From: an uncultured delta proteobacterium
GTDB taxonomy: Bacteria; Myxococcota_A; Polyangia; Polyangiales; Polyangiaceae
Direction of reading: 5' to 3'
Length of the DNA: 64,000 nucleotides
NCBI GenBank assembly: GCA_963782055.1
Contig: CAWAIF010000003.1
Location: 3,264,001 to 3,328,000 of the forward strand
Under the pieces are notes generated by a model that worked only from the letters and a program-made list of their open reading frames with translations, was not told where the DNA came from and did not search any database. Numbering within the stretch: position 1 is the first letter of the stretch; every line of letters starts with the position of its first letter. Made by a program: the position numbers and the translations under genes. This document shows, one piece after another, positions 19,947 through 28,865 of the stretch.

Positions 19947-20267
19947 ATGAATTTTCGTGGCGGAATGAACGAGATGATGCGGCAGGCGGCTCGTCTGCAG
20001 CGCAAGGTCGAGCAGGCCAAGAAGGACTGCGAGGACACCGAGATCGTCGCGACGGCGGTGGGTGACAAGGTGAAGGCCACGGTGACCTACGGTCGCAAGC
20101 TCGTGCGCGTGGAGATCGACCCCGAGTTCCTGAAGGCGGAGGGCGTCGAGATGGCGCTCGACGGCGTCTGCGCCGCGGTCAACGCGGGCATGGAGCAGGC
20201 CGAGAAGTTGATGGAGGCCGAGGTGGAGAAGGCCACCGGCGGCCTGAAGATCCCCGGCCTGACCTGA
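19947..20267 (+). CDS. ybaB: YbaB/EbfC nucleoid-associated protein
   Basis: MMRQAARLQ...IDPE...AAVN...TGGLKIPG. GGAGG RBS; lies between dnaX and recR. Confidence 0.93.
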   Translation: MNFRGGMNEMMRQAARLQRKVEQAKKDCEDTEIVATAVGDKVKATVTYGRKLVRVEIDPEFLKAEGVEMALDGVCAAVNAGMEQAEKLMEAEVEKATGGLKIPGLT

Positions 20268-20269
20268 GC

Positions 20270-20875
20270 TTGGAACGCCTCGAGCGCACACTGAAGCTCC
20301 TCTCGCGCCTGCCCGGCGTGGGTGAGAAGACGGCGCAGCGCTACGTGCTGTACCTGCTCACCACCGACCCGGAGGTGTGCCGTGACCTGGGCGAGGCGCT
20401 CGCCACGCTGCACGACTTCGTCCGGCCGTGCGAGCGGTGCGGCAACCTGGCCGAGGTGGAAGGCCCGGACGCGGCGGCGATCTGCGCCGTCTGCGCCGAC
20501 GGCAAGCGCGACGCCTCCGTGCTCTGCGTGGTCGGCCGCGTGGCCGACCTGCTCGCCATCGAGCGCGCAGGCGCGATGCGCGGACGCTACTTCGTCCTGG
20601 GCAAGCTGCTCTCCCCGCTGGAGGGCGTCGGCCCGGAGCAGCTGCCCGTTCCCAAGCTCGCACGCCGCATTCGCGACGATGGCGTGCGCGAGGTCATCGT
20701 GGCCACGCCGCCGAGCGTCGACGGCGAGGCCACGGCGCTCCTGCTCAAGCGCGAGCTGACGCCGCTGGGCGTGACCCTCTCGCGCATCGCCAGCGGCGTC
20801 CCGCACGGCGGGGACCTGGAGTTCGCCGACCCCATCACGATGGGGCGGGCGCTCGCCGGGCGGCAGAAGATCTAG
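20270..20875 (+). CDS. recR: Recombination mediator RecR
   Basis: LSRLPGVGEKTAQR HhH, C4 zinc finger, toprim segment EVIVAT...DGEATA, GGDLEFAD. TTG start. Confidence 0.96.
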   Translation: MERLERTLKLLSRLPGVGEKTAQRYVLYLLTTDPEVCRDLGEALATLHDFVRPCERCGNLAEVEGPDAAAICAVCADGKRDASVLCVVGRVADLLAIERAGAMRGRYFVLGKLLSPLEGVGPEQLPVPKLARRIRDDGVREVIVATPPSVDGEATALLLKRELTPLGVTLSRIASGVPHGGDLEFADPITMGRALAGRQKI

Positions 20876-20881
20876 CGCCGG

Positions 20882-21256
20882 CTACTTCACGGCGATGGCG
20901 TCGATCTCCACGCGCGCGCCCTTCGGGAGAGCGGCGACCTGCACGGTGGCGCGCGCCGGGAACGTGCCGGAAAACCGCTTGCCGTACGTCTCGTTGACCC
21001 TCGCGAAGTCGTTCAGGTCGACGAGGTAGATGGTCGTGCGTGCCACGTCGGCGAAGGTGCAGCCTGCGGCGGCGAGGACGGCCGCCAGGTTGTCCAGTAC
21101 GCGCTCCGTCTGCTTGGCGATGTCGCCCTCGACCAGCGCGCCGGTGGCTGGGTCGAGCGGGATCTGCCCGCTCAAGAAGACGAGGTTGCCGGCGCGCACC
21201 GCCTGCGAGTACGGCCCGATCGCGCCCGGGGCCTGTTTCGAGCTCACCGCTTCCAT
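20882..21256 (-). CDS. ridA: RidA/YjgF family enamine deaminase
   Basis: APGAIGPYSQAV, SGQIPLDP, FPARATVQVAALPKGARVEIDAIA. AGGAG RBS. Confidence 0.92.
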   Translation of the reverse strand: MEAVSSKQAPGAIGPYSQAVRAGNLVFLSGQIPLDPATGALVEGDIAKQTERVLDNLAAVLAAAGCTFADVARTTIYLVDLNDFARVNETYGKRFSGTFPARATVQVAALPKGARVEIDAIAVK

Positions 21257-21609
21257 GGATCTCTCCTTTCGCCCACGTTGTACGCGCGCTCGGCCCCCAC
21301 GTCTCGTGGAACCGCGGGAGCGCCCCGGCAGGGGCGGCGCCGCCTGCCGTCCCGCGTCCGGCGCCCCCGACCGAAGCGCCGCAGGTGCGCCCTCCCCTCA
21401 GTCCATCCCGTCGACGTTTCGAGCCCAGATCGTTAGCGCGCTCATCGCCGCGCCGCCGCCACCCTTGGGGTGTCCCGGGCCACCCTCCGAGGACACCCGG
21501 ACACTCGACGCTGAGACGCCAAATCATTAGCAAGCACCCGAAAGGGCCTCGAAACGTATCGCGGGGGGGGGGTGGGGGAGGGGGCACGGGGCGTGCAGTG
21601 GGGCTGGGT

Positions 21610-22116
21610 ATGGACGCCATCATGTTTGGACTCAAGCGCGCGTATCAGGCCACCCTCCGGCTCGGGCGCGACATCTGCTCTCGTTTCGCCCAGGGGCTCA
21701 CGCCGGCGCGGCTCGACATGCTCTACGCGATCCACCACAACGCGTTGAACTGCGTCACGCAGATGAAGCTGCGCCGGCTGCTCGGCGTCTCACGGCCCAC
21801 CGTGAGCCGGATGCTCAAGTCGCTGGAGGGGCTGGGCTGGGTGGAGCGCGGCCCCGGGCCTCACCGGGACACCCGCACGCGCATGGTGAGGCTCACGGCG
21901 ACCGGCGTCGCGCTGCTGAAGCGCGTGCTGGAAGCCGTGCTCGCCAGCGGCGTGGTGAAGTTCGTCGTCGACACCTCGCTGTCGATGGGCCAGTTCTGGC
22001 ATGAGGGCCGCTGTCTGGTGGAGCGCGATCGCACCGAGGGGATCTTGCGGCGCATTCGCGAGGACTTCGGGGATACCGCGAGCATTTACTACCCCTGGGA
22101 CCATCCGGACGACTGA
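21610..22116 (+). CDS. MarR family transcriptional regulator
   Basis: GLTPARLDML, LGVSRPTVSRMLKSLE..GWVER, DTRTRMVRLT..G winged helix. Confidence 0.85.
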   Translation: MDAIMFGLKRAYQATLRLGRDICSRFAQGLTPARLDMLYAIHHNALNCVTQMKLRRLLGVSRPTVSRMLKSLEGLGWVERGPGPHRDTRTRMVRLTATGVALLKRVLEAVLASGVVKFVVDTSLSMGQFWHEGRCLVERDRTEGILRRIREDFGDTASIYYPWDHPDD

Positions 22117-22147
22117 TCAGGCCGTGACCGCCCGGCATCCGCCGCGG

Positions 22148-22710
22148 TCAAGTGCACGCGGGCACCGGGCACTTGGCCGGCAGCGCGCCGCTCGCGTCGC
22201 GGTCGCACCCCAGGATGCGCCGCAACTCCACCGGGTACGGCGTGTAGATGCAGTGTGCCCGCGCGCGCGCGCGTGACTCCCGGGCCTTGCGGTCGTTCTC
22301 CGCGGCGACGTCGTGATCGTGCTGGAGCCGGAGGTGCATGTCGTGCAGCGCGATCAGGCTGTCGTGGAGCGGCTGCGCTCCATCCCCACGCGGTGGGCGT
22401 CGGGCTCACGGTCGCGGAATGCCTCCACCGCGGTCATGAAGGCGGAGCAGTCGGCGTAGCCGTAGCGCATCCAGCTCGAGACGCGGTAGGGCAGGGTGGT
22501 CGGGCCCTGCGCGAAGTACGCGTCGCCCAGCTCCTGCCGCACCAGCCGCGAGACGATGCTCGCCTGCAGGTCGCGCGGGGCGTGATGCGGGTCGCCCCGG
22601 GCGCTGTCCAGCGCGCCGCCGTTGAAGGCGCTCGGAATGATGTCGGTCTGCACGCACGCGGCGGCCCCGACGACGATCACCGCCAGCGAGAGGGTGCGTC
22701 CCCAGCGCAT
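22148..22710 (-). pseudogene. Putative lipoprotein gene split by a frameshift (or sequencing error)
   Basis: Lipobox VGAAAC in the frame ending at TGA 22354. Coding-like codons (LHDSLIALHDMHLRLQ...C) continue in another frame to 22148. Confidence 0.45.
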
Positions 22711-22766
22711 CGCTCTGGCTCTAACGACAGGGAGCGCGCGGGGCCAAGAAAGCGGCGCCGCCGATC

Positions 22767-24278
22767 TCACACGGCCACTTCGGCGAGCACGCCCTCCTCG
22801 CCCATCCCCTTCGCCGCCGTCTTCAGCTCCCCGATCCCCCGCCCCAGCGCCTCCCGGCACTCCCGAAGCCGCGCCCCCCTCGTGTGTCCCACCAGGATGC
22901 GCGGCGCGACCGGCGGTGCCTCCGTCCCGAAGCGCTCCCGGAAGCGGGCGGGCCACGCCGTGCGGAAGGCGTCCAGGTCGGCGCGCAGGCCCGCGCGCGA
23001 CGGGGCCCCGACCAGCAAGAACTCGTCGCCCCCGTCGCGCACCGCCGCCGTGCCCGCAACCTGCGCGATCTCCTCGGCGAAGGCGCGCAGCACCGCGTCC
23101 CCCATGTCCTGCCCGAAGGCGTTGTTGAAGGCCCGGAAGCCCGCCAGGTCCACGAAGGCGAGCTCCGCCGGCGCCGCGGCGAGGCCCGGAAGCTCGGCGA
23201 AGAGCCGCGCCAGGTCGTCGAAATACGCATAGAAGGGCAGGCGCGTCTTGCGGTCCAGGTTGGCGGGATCGGCGTTCGGCCAGCGGAAGCGCATCGCGAA
23301 CGGCTGCGCGGCGGCGCGCGCGAAGCCCAGGACCTCACCGGTGAGCCACACCGACTCCGGGCCCATCACGCGGAAGAGGCCGTCCTCGCCCTGCCGCGCG
23401 AGCATCCACTCCAGGCTGGGCCGCGGGTCGAAGCTGGGGTCCAGGCTGGCGAGCAGGTCTGCGCAGGCGAGGGTGGTCAGCAGGTCGTGGGGTGGGAACT
23501 TGCTCCGCGCAGCGTGGCCCGCGTCCGGAACATCCCCGAAGGCGCCGTCGGCGGTCATCGATCCGCGCACGAACGCGACCAGCCGTGCGAGCAGCGCGAT
23601 GTCGCCGCCCAGCGCCAGCAGCCCGTGCGCGAGGTGCGCGCTGGCCGAGGGTATGGGCTGCTCGTGGAAGGGGAAGCGGAGCCCGCGCAGCGCGCCGTCC
23701 TCCGCGAGCGCCGCGTAGCTCCGGGCGATGGCGAGGGTGATGGGGCGCAGATGCGCGACCGCGCCGGGCCGCCGCACCACGCAGAAAAGCGCAAAGGTGT
23801 CGGCCCAGGGGTGGGAACATTGAATGTAAAAGGCGAGGTCCCGCCGGAAGAGGGGGAGCGCCTCGGCGAGCAGGGCACGCGCGGCCTCGCCGGCCCGAGG
23901 GTCGGTCCGGAGCTCGGCGAGGTACGCGCACGTCTCGGCGATGGACACCGGCAGCGACAGCCGCAGCTCCAGCTTGTCGACGTCGGCGTCCAGATCAGGG
24001 CGCCAGAGGGGCCACTCCTCGCGCTCGCCCGCGTGTGCGGCCGGCCGGCAGCGACGGTGCGAGACCTCCCACCGGTAGCGGTCGTCCCCCATGGGGCTGC
24101 CCGGGTGGCGCGACTGCCAGTAGGCGAGGCGGGTCACCGGATCGCCCGGGTCCAGGCCGAGCTCCGCCTTGACGCGGGCCTCCGCCGCGGCGAACGGGCA
24201 GGCGTCCTCGATGACCGCGCGGGCGACCGCGGCACGCGCAGCGGCGACCGCCGCCCCCACGTCCAACAATCGTTCCAT
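22767..24278 (-). CDS. GGDEF diguanylate-cyclase domain protein with N-terminal prenyltransferase/terpene-cyclase-like helical region
   Basis: DLAGFRAFNNAFGQDMGD and RDGGDEF at the C-terminus. QW-like motifs (FVRGSMTADGAF, LEWMLARQGEDGLF) upstream. Confidence 0.8.
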   Translation of the reverse strand: MERLLDVGAAVAAARAAVARAVIEDACPFAAAEARVKAELGLDPGDPVTRLAYWQSRHPGSPMGDDRYRWEVSHRRCRPAAHAGEREEWPLWRPDLDADVDKLELRLSLPVSIAETCAYLAELRTDPRAGEAARALLAEALPLFRRDLAFYIQCSHPWADTFALFCVVRRPGAVAHLRPITLAIARSYAALAEDGALRGLRFPFHEQPIPSASAHLAHGLLALGGDIALLARLVAFVRGSMTADGAFGDVPDAGHAARSKFPPHDLLTTLACADLLASLDPSFDPRPSLEWMLARQGEDGLFRVMGPESVWLTGEVLGFARAAAQPFAMRFRWPNADPANLDRKTRLPFYAYFDDLARLFAELPGLAAAPAELAFVDLAGFRAFNNAFGQDMGDAVLRAFAEEIAQVAGTAAVRDGGDEFLLVGAPSRAGLRADLDAFRTAWPARFRERFGTEAPPVAPRILVGHTRGARLRECREALGRGIGELKTAAKGMGEEGVLAEVAV

Positions 24279-24307
24279 GCACCCCACCCGCGCCGTCGGC
24301 GGGGGCC

Positions 24308-25267
24308 TCAGCCCTTCTTCAGCTCGGTGATCAGCTCCGGGACCGCCTGGAAGAGGTCCGCGACCAGCCCGTAATCCGCGACCTGGAAGATGGGCGCGTC
24401 GGGGTCCTTGTTGATCGCGACGATGGTCTTGGAGCCCTTCATCCCGGCGAGATGCTGGATCGCACCGGAGATGCCGATGGCGAAGTAGAGCTGCGGCGCG
24501 ACGACACGTCCGGTCTGACCGACCTGCAGCTCCGGCGGGGCGTAGCCGGCGTCGCACGCGGCGCGGCTCGCGCCGACGGCGGCGCCGAGCAGGCTGGCGA
24601 GCGGGTCCAGAACGTCGGCGAACTTCTCCTTGAGCGCGCGACCGCCCGAGACGATGACGCGCGCCTCGCCGAGGTCCGGGCGCTCGCTCTTGGCGGCCTC
24701 GATGCCCATGAACTCGAGGCGGCCGGCGGCCTCCTCGATGGCCGATGGGGTGACGGCCTCCACCGGGCTGGAGCCTCCGGAGGGCTCCGCCGCGGAGAAC
24801 TCGCTCTGCCGCACGCTGACGACCTGCACGGGCGTGGTCACCTCGCACCAGCCGTACGCGTTGCCCGCGTACATCGGCCGGCGGTAGGCGAGCTTGCCGC
24901 CCTCCGCCTTCACCGAGGCGATGTCCGGCGCGTAGCCGGCGCCCAGCCGCGCGGCGACGCGCGGGGCGAGGTCCTTGCCGAAGGAGCTGGCGGTGACCAC
25001 CAGCACGTCGAAGCCGCCACCCTTGGCGACGTCGGCGACGGTGGGGGCGAGCCGCTCGGCGAGGGGCTGGGCGAGGTCGGCGCCCTCGGCGGCGAGCACC
25101 TTGGCGGCGCCGAAGCCGGTGACCTCGGCGGCGGCCGCCTTGGCGTTCGCCCCGATGACCAGGATGGAAAAGGCGCCGCCCACCTGCTTGGCGAAGGTGA
25201 TCGCGCTGTGGGTCGACTTGCGGACCTTGCCGTCCGCGAGCTCGGCGATGACGAGGACGTTGCTCAT
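24308..25267 (-). CDS. etfA: Electron transfer flavoprotein alpha subunit
   Basis: [46 protein letters not shown]. Confidence 0.97.
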   Translation of the reverse strand: MSNVLVIAELADGKVRKSTHSAITFAKQVGGAFSILVIGANAKAAAAEVTGFGAAKVLAAEGADLAQPLAERLAPTVADVAKGGGFDVLVVTASSFGKDLAPRVAARLGAGYAPDIASVKAEGGKLAYRRPMYAGNAYGWCEVTTPVQVVSVRQSEFSAAEPSGGSSPVEAVTPSAIEEAAGRLEFMGIEAAKSERPDLGEARVIVSGGRALKEKFADVLDPLASLLGAAVGASRAACDAGYAPPELQVGQTGRVVAPQLYFAIGISGAIQHLAGMKGSKTIVAINKDPDAPIFQVADYGLVADLFQAVPELITELKKG

Positions 25268-25280
25268 GGTGGTTCGCTCC

Positions 25281-26105
25281 TCAGATCACTTTCGCTTCGG
25301 TCCGGAGCTTCTCGACGAGCTCGGCGACGGTCTTGACCTTCACGCCCGCCTTGCGCGCAGGCGGCGGCTCGAAGGACGTGTACTTGATCTTGAGCGCGGT
25401 GTCGGGCGCCAGCTCGGCGAGCTTCAGCTCGGTGAGCGGCTTCTTCTTCGCGGCCATGATCGCCATGAGCGCGGCGAAGCGCACGCCCTCCGGGTACGCG
25501 TGGCCCGGCTTGGTGTGGGCGCTCTGCACGCTCTGCGGCTGGACGATGCGCAGGTCGACGCTCACCACCGCGGGGAGCGTGAGCTTGACCTTCATCGAGC
25601 CGCCGTCGATCTCGCGGCCGACGACGAGGGCCTTGTCCGCCTCGCTCTGGATGGTGCCGGCGAAGGTGGCCTGCGGCCAGCCGAGGTACTCCGCGAGGAG
25701 CTGCGCGACCTGGTTGGCGTCGCCCTCCACCTCCTGCTTGCCGAGGAGCACCAGGTCCGGCTTCTCCTTCTCGACGATGGCCTTGAGGGCCCGGGCGACG
25801 AGGTCGCCGTCCAGGGCGTCGTCCGTCGAGTCCACGCGGATGGCCTTGTCCGCGCCCGTCGCCAGGGCGGCGCGGAGCGTGGTCTCGGTGTCCTTCGGGC
25901 CGAAGGTGACCACCGTCACCTCGCCCTTGCGCGCCTTCGGGCTGGCGGCGTCCTCGGTGAGGCGCAGCGCCGTCTCGACGGCGTACTCGTCGAAGGGGTT
26001 CGGCTTGAACTCGAGACCTGTGGTCTCGATCTTCTGCGGGGTGACCTTGATCTTGTTCGCGTTGTCCGGGTCGGCCACGCGCTTGAGGGGGACGAGGATC
26101 TTCAC
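25281..26105 (-). CDS. etfB: Electron transfer flavoprotein beta subunit
   Basis: KILVPLKRVADP, NPFDEYAVETAL, LLGKQ, REIDGG, AAKKKPL. Confidence 0.96.
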   Translation of the reverse strand: MKILVPLKRVADPDNANKIKVTPQKIETTGLEFKPNPFDEYAVETALRLTEDAASPKARKGEVTVVTFGPKDTETTLRAALATGADKAIRVDSTDDALDGDLVARALKAIVEKEKPDLVLLGKQEVEGDANQVAQLLAEYLGWPQATFAGTIQSEADKALVVGREIDGGSMKVKLTLPAVVSVDLRIVQPQSVQSAHTKPGHAYPEGVRFAALMAIMAAKKKPLTELKLAELAPDTALKIKYTSFEPPPARKAGVKVKTVAELVEKLRTEAKVI

Positions 26106-26284
26106 GGCGTTCCCTTCCTGCCAATCGCAAGCCCCGCGGCTCCAGCGGGGGCCGGTGAATGGCGATTCAGCAGTCTCGGTCTCTAGGTTTTTGCGGGCCG
26201 CATGTCAACGTCCGGGGCGCGCAACTCTCACGCCCGGCTCGCGCTGGGGGCGCGCCCTTGGTATCGTCCCGCCCGGAGGTTCCC

Positions 26285-26857
26285 ATGCAGAAGACCACCA
26301 TCGGGACGCTGGCGCTGCTGTCGCTCCTGGGGCTTTCGGCCGCCGCCAGCGCCCAGGTACGCCGGAGTAGCGGCCTTCACCGCGCCGTGCCCGTCATGCG
26401 CGTTCCGGTCGTCCGGGGGTCCGCCGCGGTCAAGCCGCCGACCCCCGCCGCCACCGCCAGCAGCAAGGCCGCCACGCCGGCCCCGGTCCCCGCGGTCGTC
26501 GACGCCGGCGCGGTCGCCCACGCCGGCACCCCGCCCGCCGACGAGGAGACAGCAGCGGAGAAGGCCGTGCGGCGCGCCTACGTGCAGAAGCGCGCGACGG
26601 CGATGCGTTCGATCGTGCGCGGCCACGGCAAGGCCATCACGGCGGACGAGCGCACCGTCATCCGCCAGCACTGGCACGAGTCCATGCGTCTCTGGCGCAT
26701 CCGCCACGTGGCCGCGGAGAACGGGGACAAGGCATCCGTCGCGCGCGTCGACGCCATCCTCGCGCGCGCCGACAAGAAGACCGACGCCAAGCTCACCGCC
26801 CTCGCCGCCAAGGCGCCCGCCGCGGTGGCGGCGAAATCGTCCGGGGCGAAGCAGTGA
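26285..26857 (+). CDS. Hypothetical secreted basic helical protein
   Basis: GGAGG RBS, signal peptide ending AAASA, Pro/Ala linker, Arg/Lys-rich helical C-terminus. Confidence 0.7.
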   Translation: MQKTTIGTLALLSLLGLSAAASAQVRRSSGLHRAVPVMRVPVVRGSAAVKPPTPAATASSKAATPAPVPAVVDAGAVAHAGTPPADEETAAEKAVRRAYVQKRATAMRSIVRGHGKAITADERTVIRQHWHESMRLWRIRHVAAENGDKASVARVDAILARADKKTDAKLTALAAKAPAAVAAKSSGAKQ

Positions 26858-27231
26858 GGCGTGCGGCCGTCCTTCTCGCCCTGGCGGCGTGCCTGCTCGT
26901 GGGCTGCAACCTGCTGAAGAAGCTGCGGGGCGGCGCGGGCGGCGACGACGCCGCGGTGCCCGACGAGTCCGCCTCCGTGTCGACGACCGAGTCCGACGAC
27001 GGGGGCCTCGCGGCCATGGGCGACACCGACGCCGACACCGACGGCGCCGCCGCAGCCGCCGCGACGGTGGACGTCACCGGCGCCGCCATCGTCGCGGCGC
27101 GTCCCGTCGCCGACGCTCCGGACGCCGACATCCCCGCGCCCGACCAGGACCAGGCGGCGGCCGCGCAGGAGATCAACAAGGCGAACTACAAGTCGCAGCT
27201 GGACTCCATCGACAAGCAGGTCGGCAAGTAG
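26854..27231 (+). CDS. Hypothetical acidic lipoprotein
   Basis: Lipobox LLVGC, Asp/Ala-rich linker, short C-terminal helix EINKANYKSQLDSIDKQV. GTGA overlap with the upstream gene. Confidence 0.7.
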   Translation: MRRAAVLLALAACLLVGCNLLKKLRGGAGGDDAAVPDESASVSTTESDDGGLAAMGDTDADTDGAAAAAATVDVTGAAIVAARPVADAPDADIPAPDQDQAAAAQEINKANYKSQLDSIDKQVGK

Positions 27232-27243
27232 TAGCCACTTAGC

Positions 27244-28854
27244 GTGCCCATCGCCTGCGACTACCTGGTGCTCGGGAGCGGGATCGCAGGTCTGTCCTTC
27301 GCGCTGGAAGCCGCGAAGCACGGCGACGTCGTCCTCGTGACCAAGCGCGAGGCGGACGAGTGCAACACCAAGTACGCGCAGGGTGGCATCGCCGCCGTCC
27401 TGGCGGACACCGACTCCTTCGACGCGCACATGCGCGACACCATCGCCGCAGGCGCCGGCCTCTGTCACGAGCGCGTGGTCGAGCTGTGCGTCAAGGACGG
27501 CCCGGCGCGCATCGAGATGCTGCAGAGCGTGGGCGCCCGGTTCGACAAGGCGGGCAGCCCGGCGGAGTCGCACGCCGATCTGGACCTGCACCTGGAGGGC
27601 GGCCACAGCGCGCGCCGCGTGGCGCACGCCGGCGACACCACCGGCATGGAGGTGGAGCGCGCGCTGCTCCACGCGGTCAAGGCGGAGGCCCGGGTGCGCC
27701 TGCTGGAGCATCACACGGCGATCGACCTCATCGCCCTGGAGAAGTACGGCGGGCCGGAGGTGTGCGGCGGCGCCTACGTGCTCGACGAGGCGAGCGGCAA
27801 GGTGGTCACCATCCTCGCCCGCGCCACGGTGCTCGCCACCGGCGGCGCGGGCAAGGTCTACCTCTACACGACCAACCCGGACGTCGCGACCGGCGACGGC
27901 GTGGCGATGGCGTTCCGCGCGGGCGCCGAGATCGCCAACATGGAATTTTACCAGTTCCACCCGACCTGCCTCTATCACCCGCAGGCGAAGAACTTCCTCA
28001 TCAGCGAGGCCGTGCGCGGCGAGGGCGCGGTGCTGCGCCGTCAGGACGGCACAGCCTTCATGAAGGCGTACCACCCGCTCGCCGACCTCGCCCCGCGCGA
28101 CGTCGTCGCCCGCGCGATCGACTTCGAGATGAAGCGCACCGGCGCCGACCACGTGCTGCTCGACATCTCCGACAAGAAGGCGGACTTCATCAAGGAGCAC
28201 TTTCCGAACATCTACGCCCAGTGCCTTCGCTTCGGGTTCGACATGGCGCGCGAGCCCATCCCGGTCGTGCCGGCCGCCCACTACATGTGCGGCGGCGTGA
28301 CCACCGACCTCGCCGGCCGCAGCAGCATTCCGGGGCTGTGGGCGATCGGCGAGGTGGCGTGCACCGGCCTCCACGGCGCCAACCGACTCGCGTCCAACTC
28401 GCTCCTGGAGGGCATGGTCTTCGCGCACCGCGCGGCGACCGCGCTGCGCGACGTGGATCGCACCAAGCCGCTCACCGACGTGCCGGAGTGGGACGTGGGC
28501 GCCGCGGGGACGAGCGAGGAGGCGGTCATCATCACGCAGAACTGGGACGAGCTGCGCCGCCTGATGTGGAACTACGTCGGCATCGTGCGCTCGGTCTCCC
28601 GCCTGCGTCGCGCGGCGCGCCGCATCGCGCTGCTCCAGGAGGAGATCCTGGAGTACTACTGGAAGTACTTCGTCACGCGCGACCTGCTGGAGCTCCGCAA
28701 CATCGCCACGGTCGCGCAGCTGGTGGTGGACTGCGCGGCCTCGCGCCACGAGAGCCGCGGACTGCACACCATGGCGGACTTCCCCGACACCGACGCGAAG
28801 CTCGCCCGCGATACGGTCATCAAGCGCGGCGTCGCCGCCCATCTCCGCGGGTAG
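27244..28854 (+). CDS. nadB: L-aspartate oxidase
   Basis: GSGIAGL, TKYAQGGIAAV, LEGGHSARR, EFYQFHPT, GLHGANRLASNSLLE, ESRGLH. Confidence 0.97.
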   Translation: MPIACDYLVLGSGIAGLSFALEAAKHGDVVLVTKREADECNTKYAQGGIAAVLADTDSFDAHMRDTIAAGAGLCHERVVELCVKDGPARIEMLQSVGARFDKAGSPAESHADLDLHLEGGHSARRVAHAGDTTGMEVERALLHAVKAEARVRLLEHHTAIDLIALEKYGGPEVCGGAYVLDEASGKVVTILARATVLATGGAGKVYLYTTNPDVATGDGVAMAFRAGAEIANMEFYQFHPTCLYHPQAKNFLISEAVRGEGAVLRRQDGTAFMKAYHPLADLAPRDVVARAIDFEMKRTGADHVLLDISDKKADFIKEHFPNIYAQCLRFGFDMAREPIPVVPAAHYMCGGVTTDLAGRSSIPGLWAIGEVACTGLHGANRLASNSLLEGMVFAHRAATALRDVDRTKPLTDVPEWDVGAAGTSEEAVIITQNWDELRRLMWNYVGIVRSVSRLRRAARRIALLQEEILEYYWKYFVTRDLLELRNIATVAQLVVDCAASRHESRGLHTMADFPDTDAKLARDTVIKRGVAAHLRG

Positions 28855-28865
28855 GACGACCAGAT

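Noticed and set aside
22767..23260. Hypr-type (cGAMP-forming) GGDEF enzyme
   Set aside because: The specificity residue is the canonical Asp (QDMGD), not Ser/Thr.
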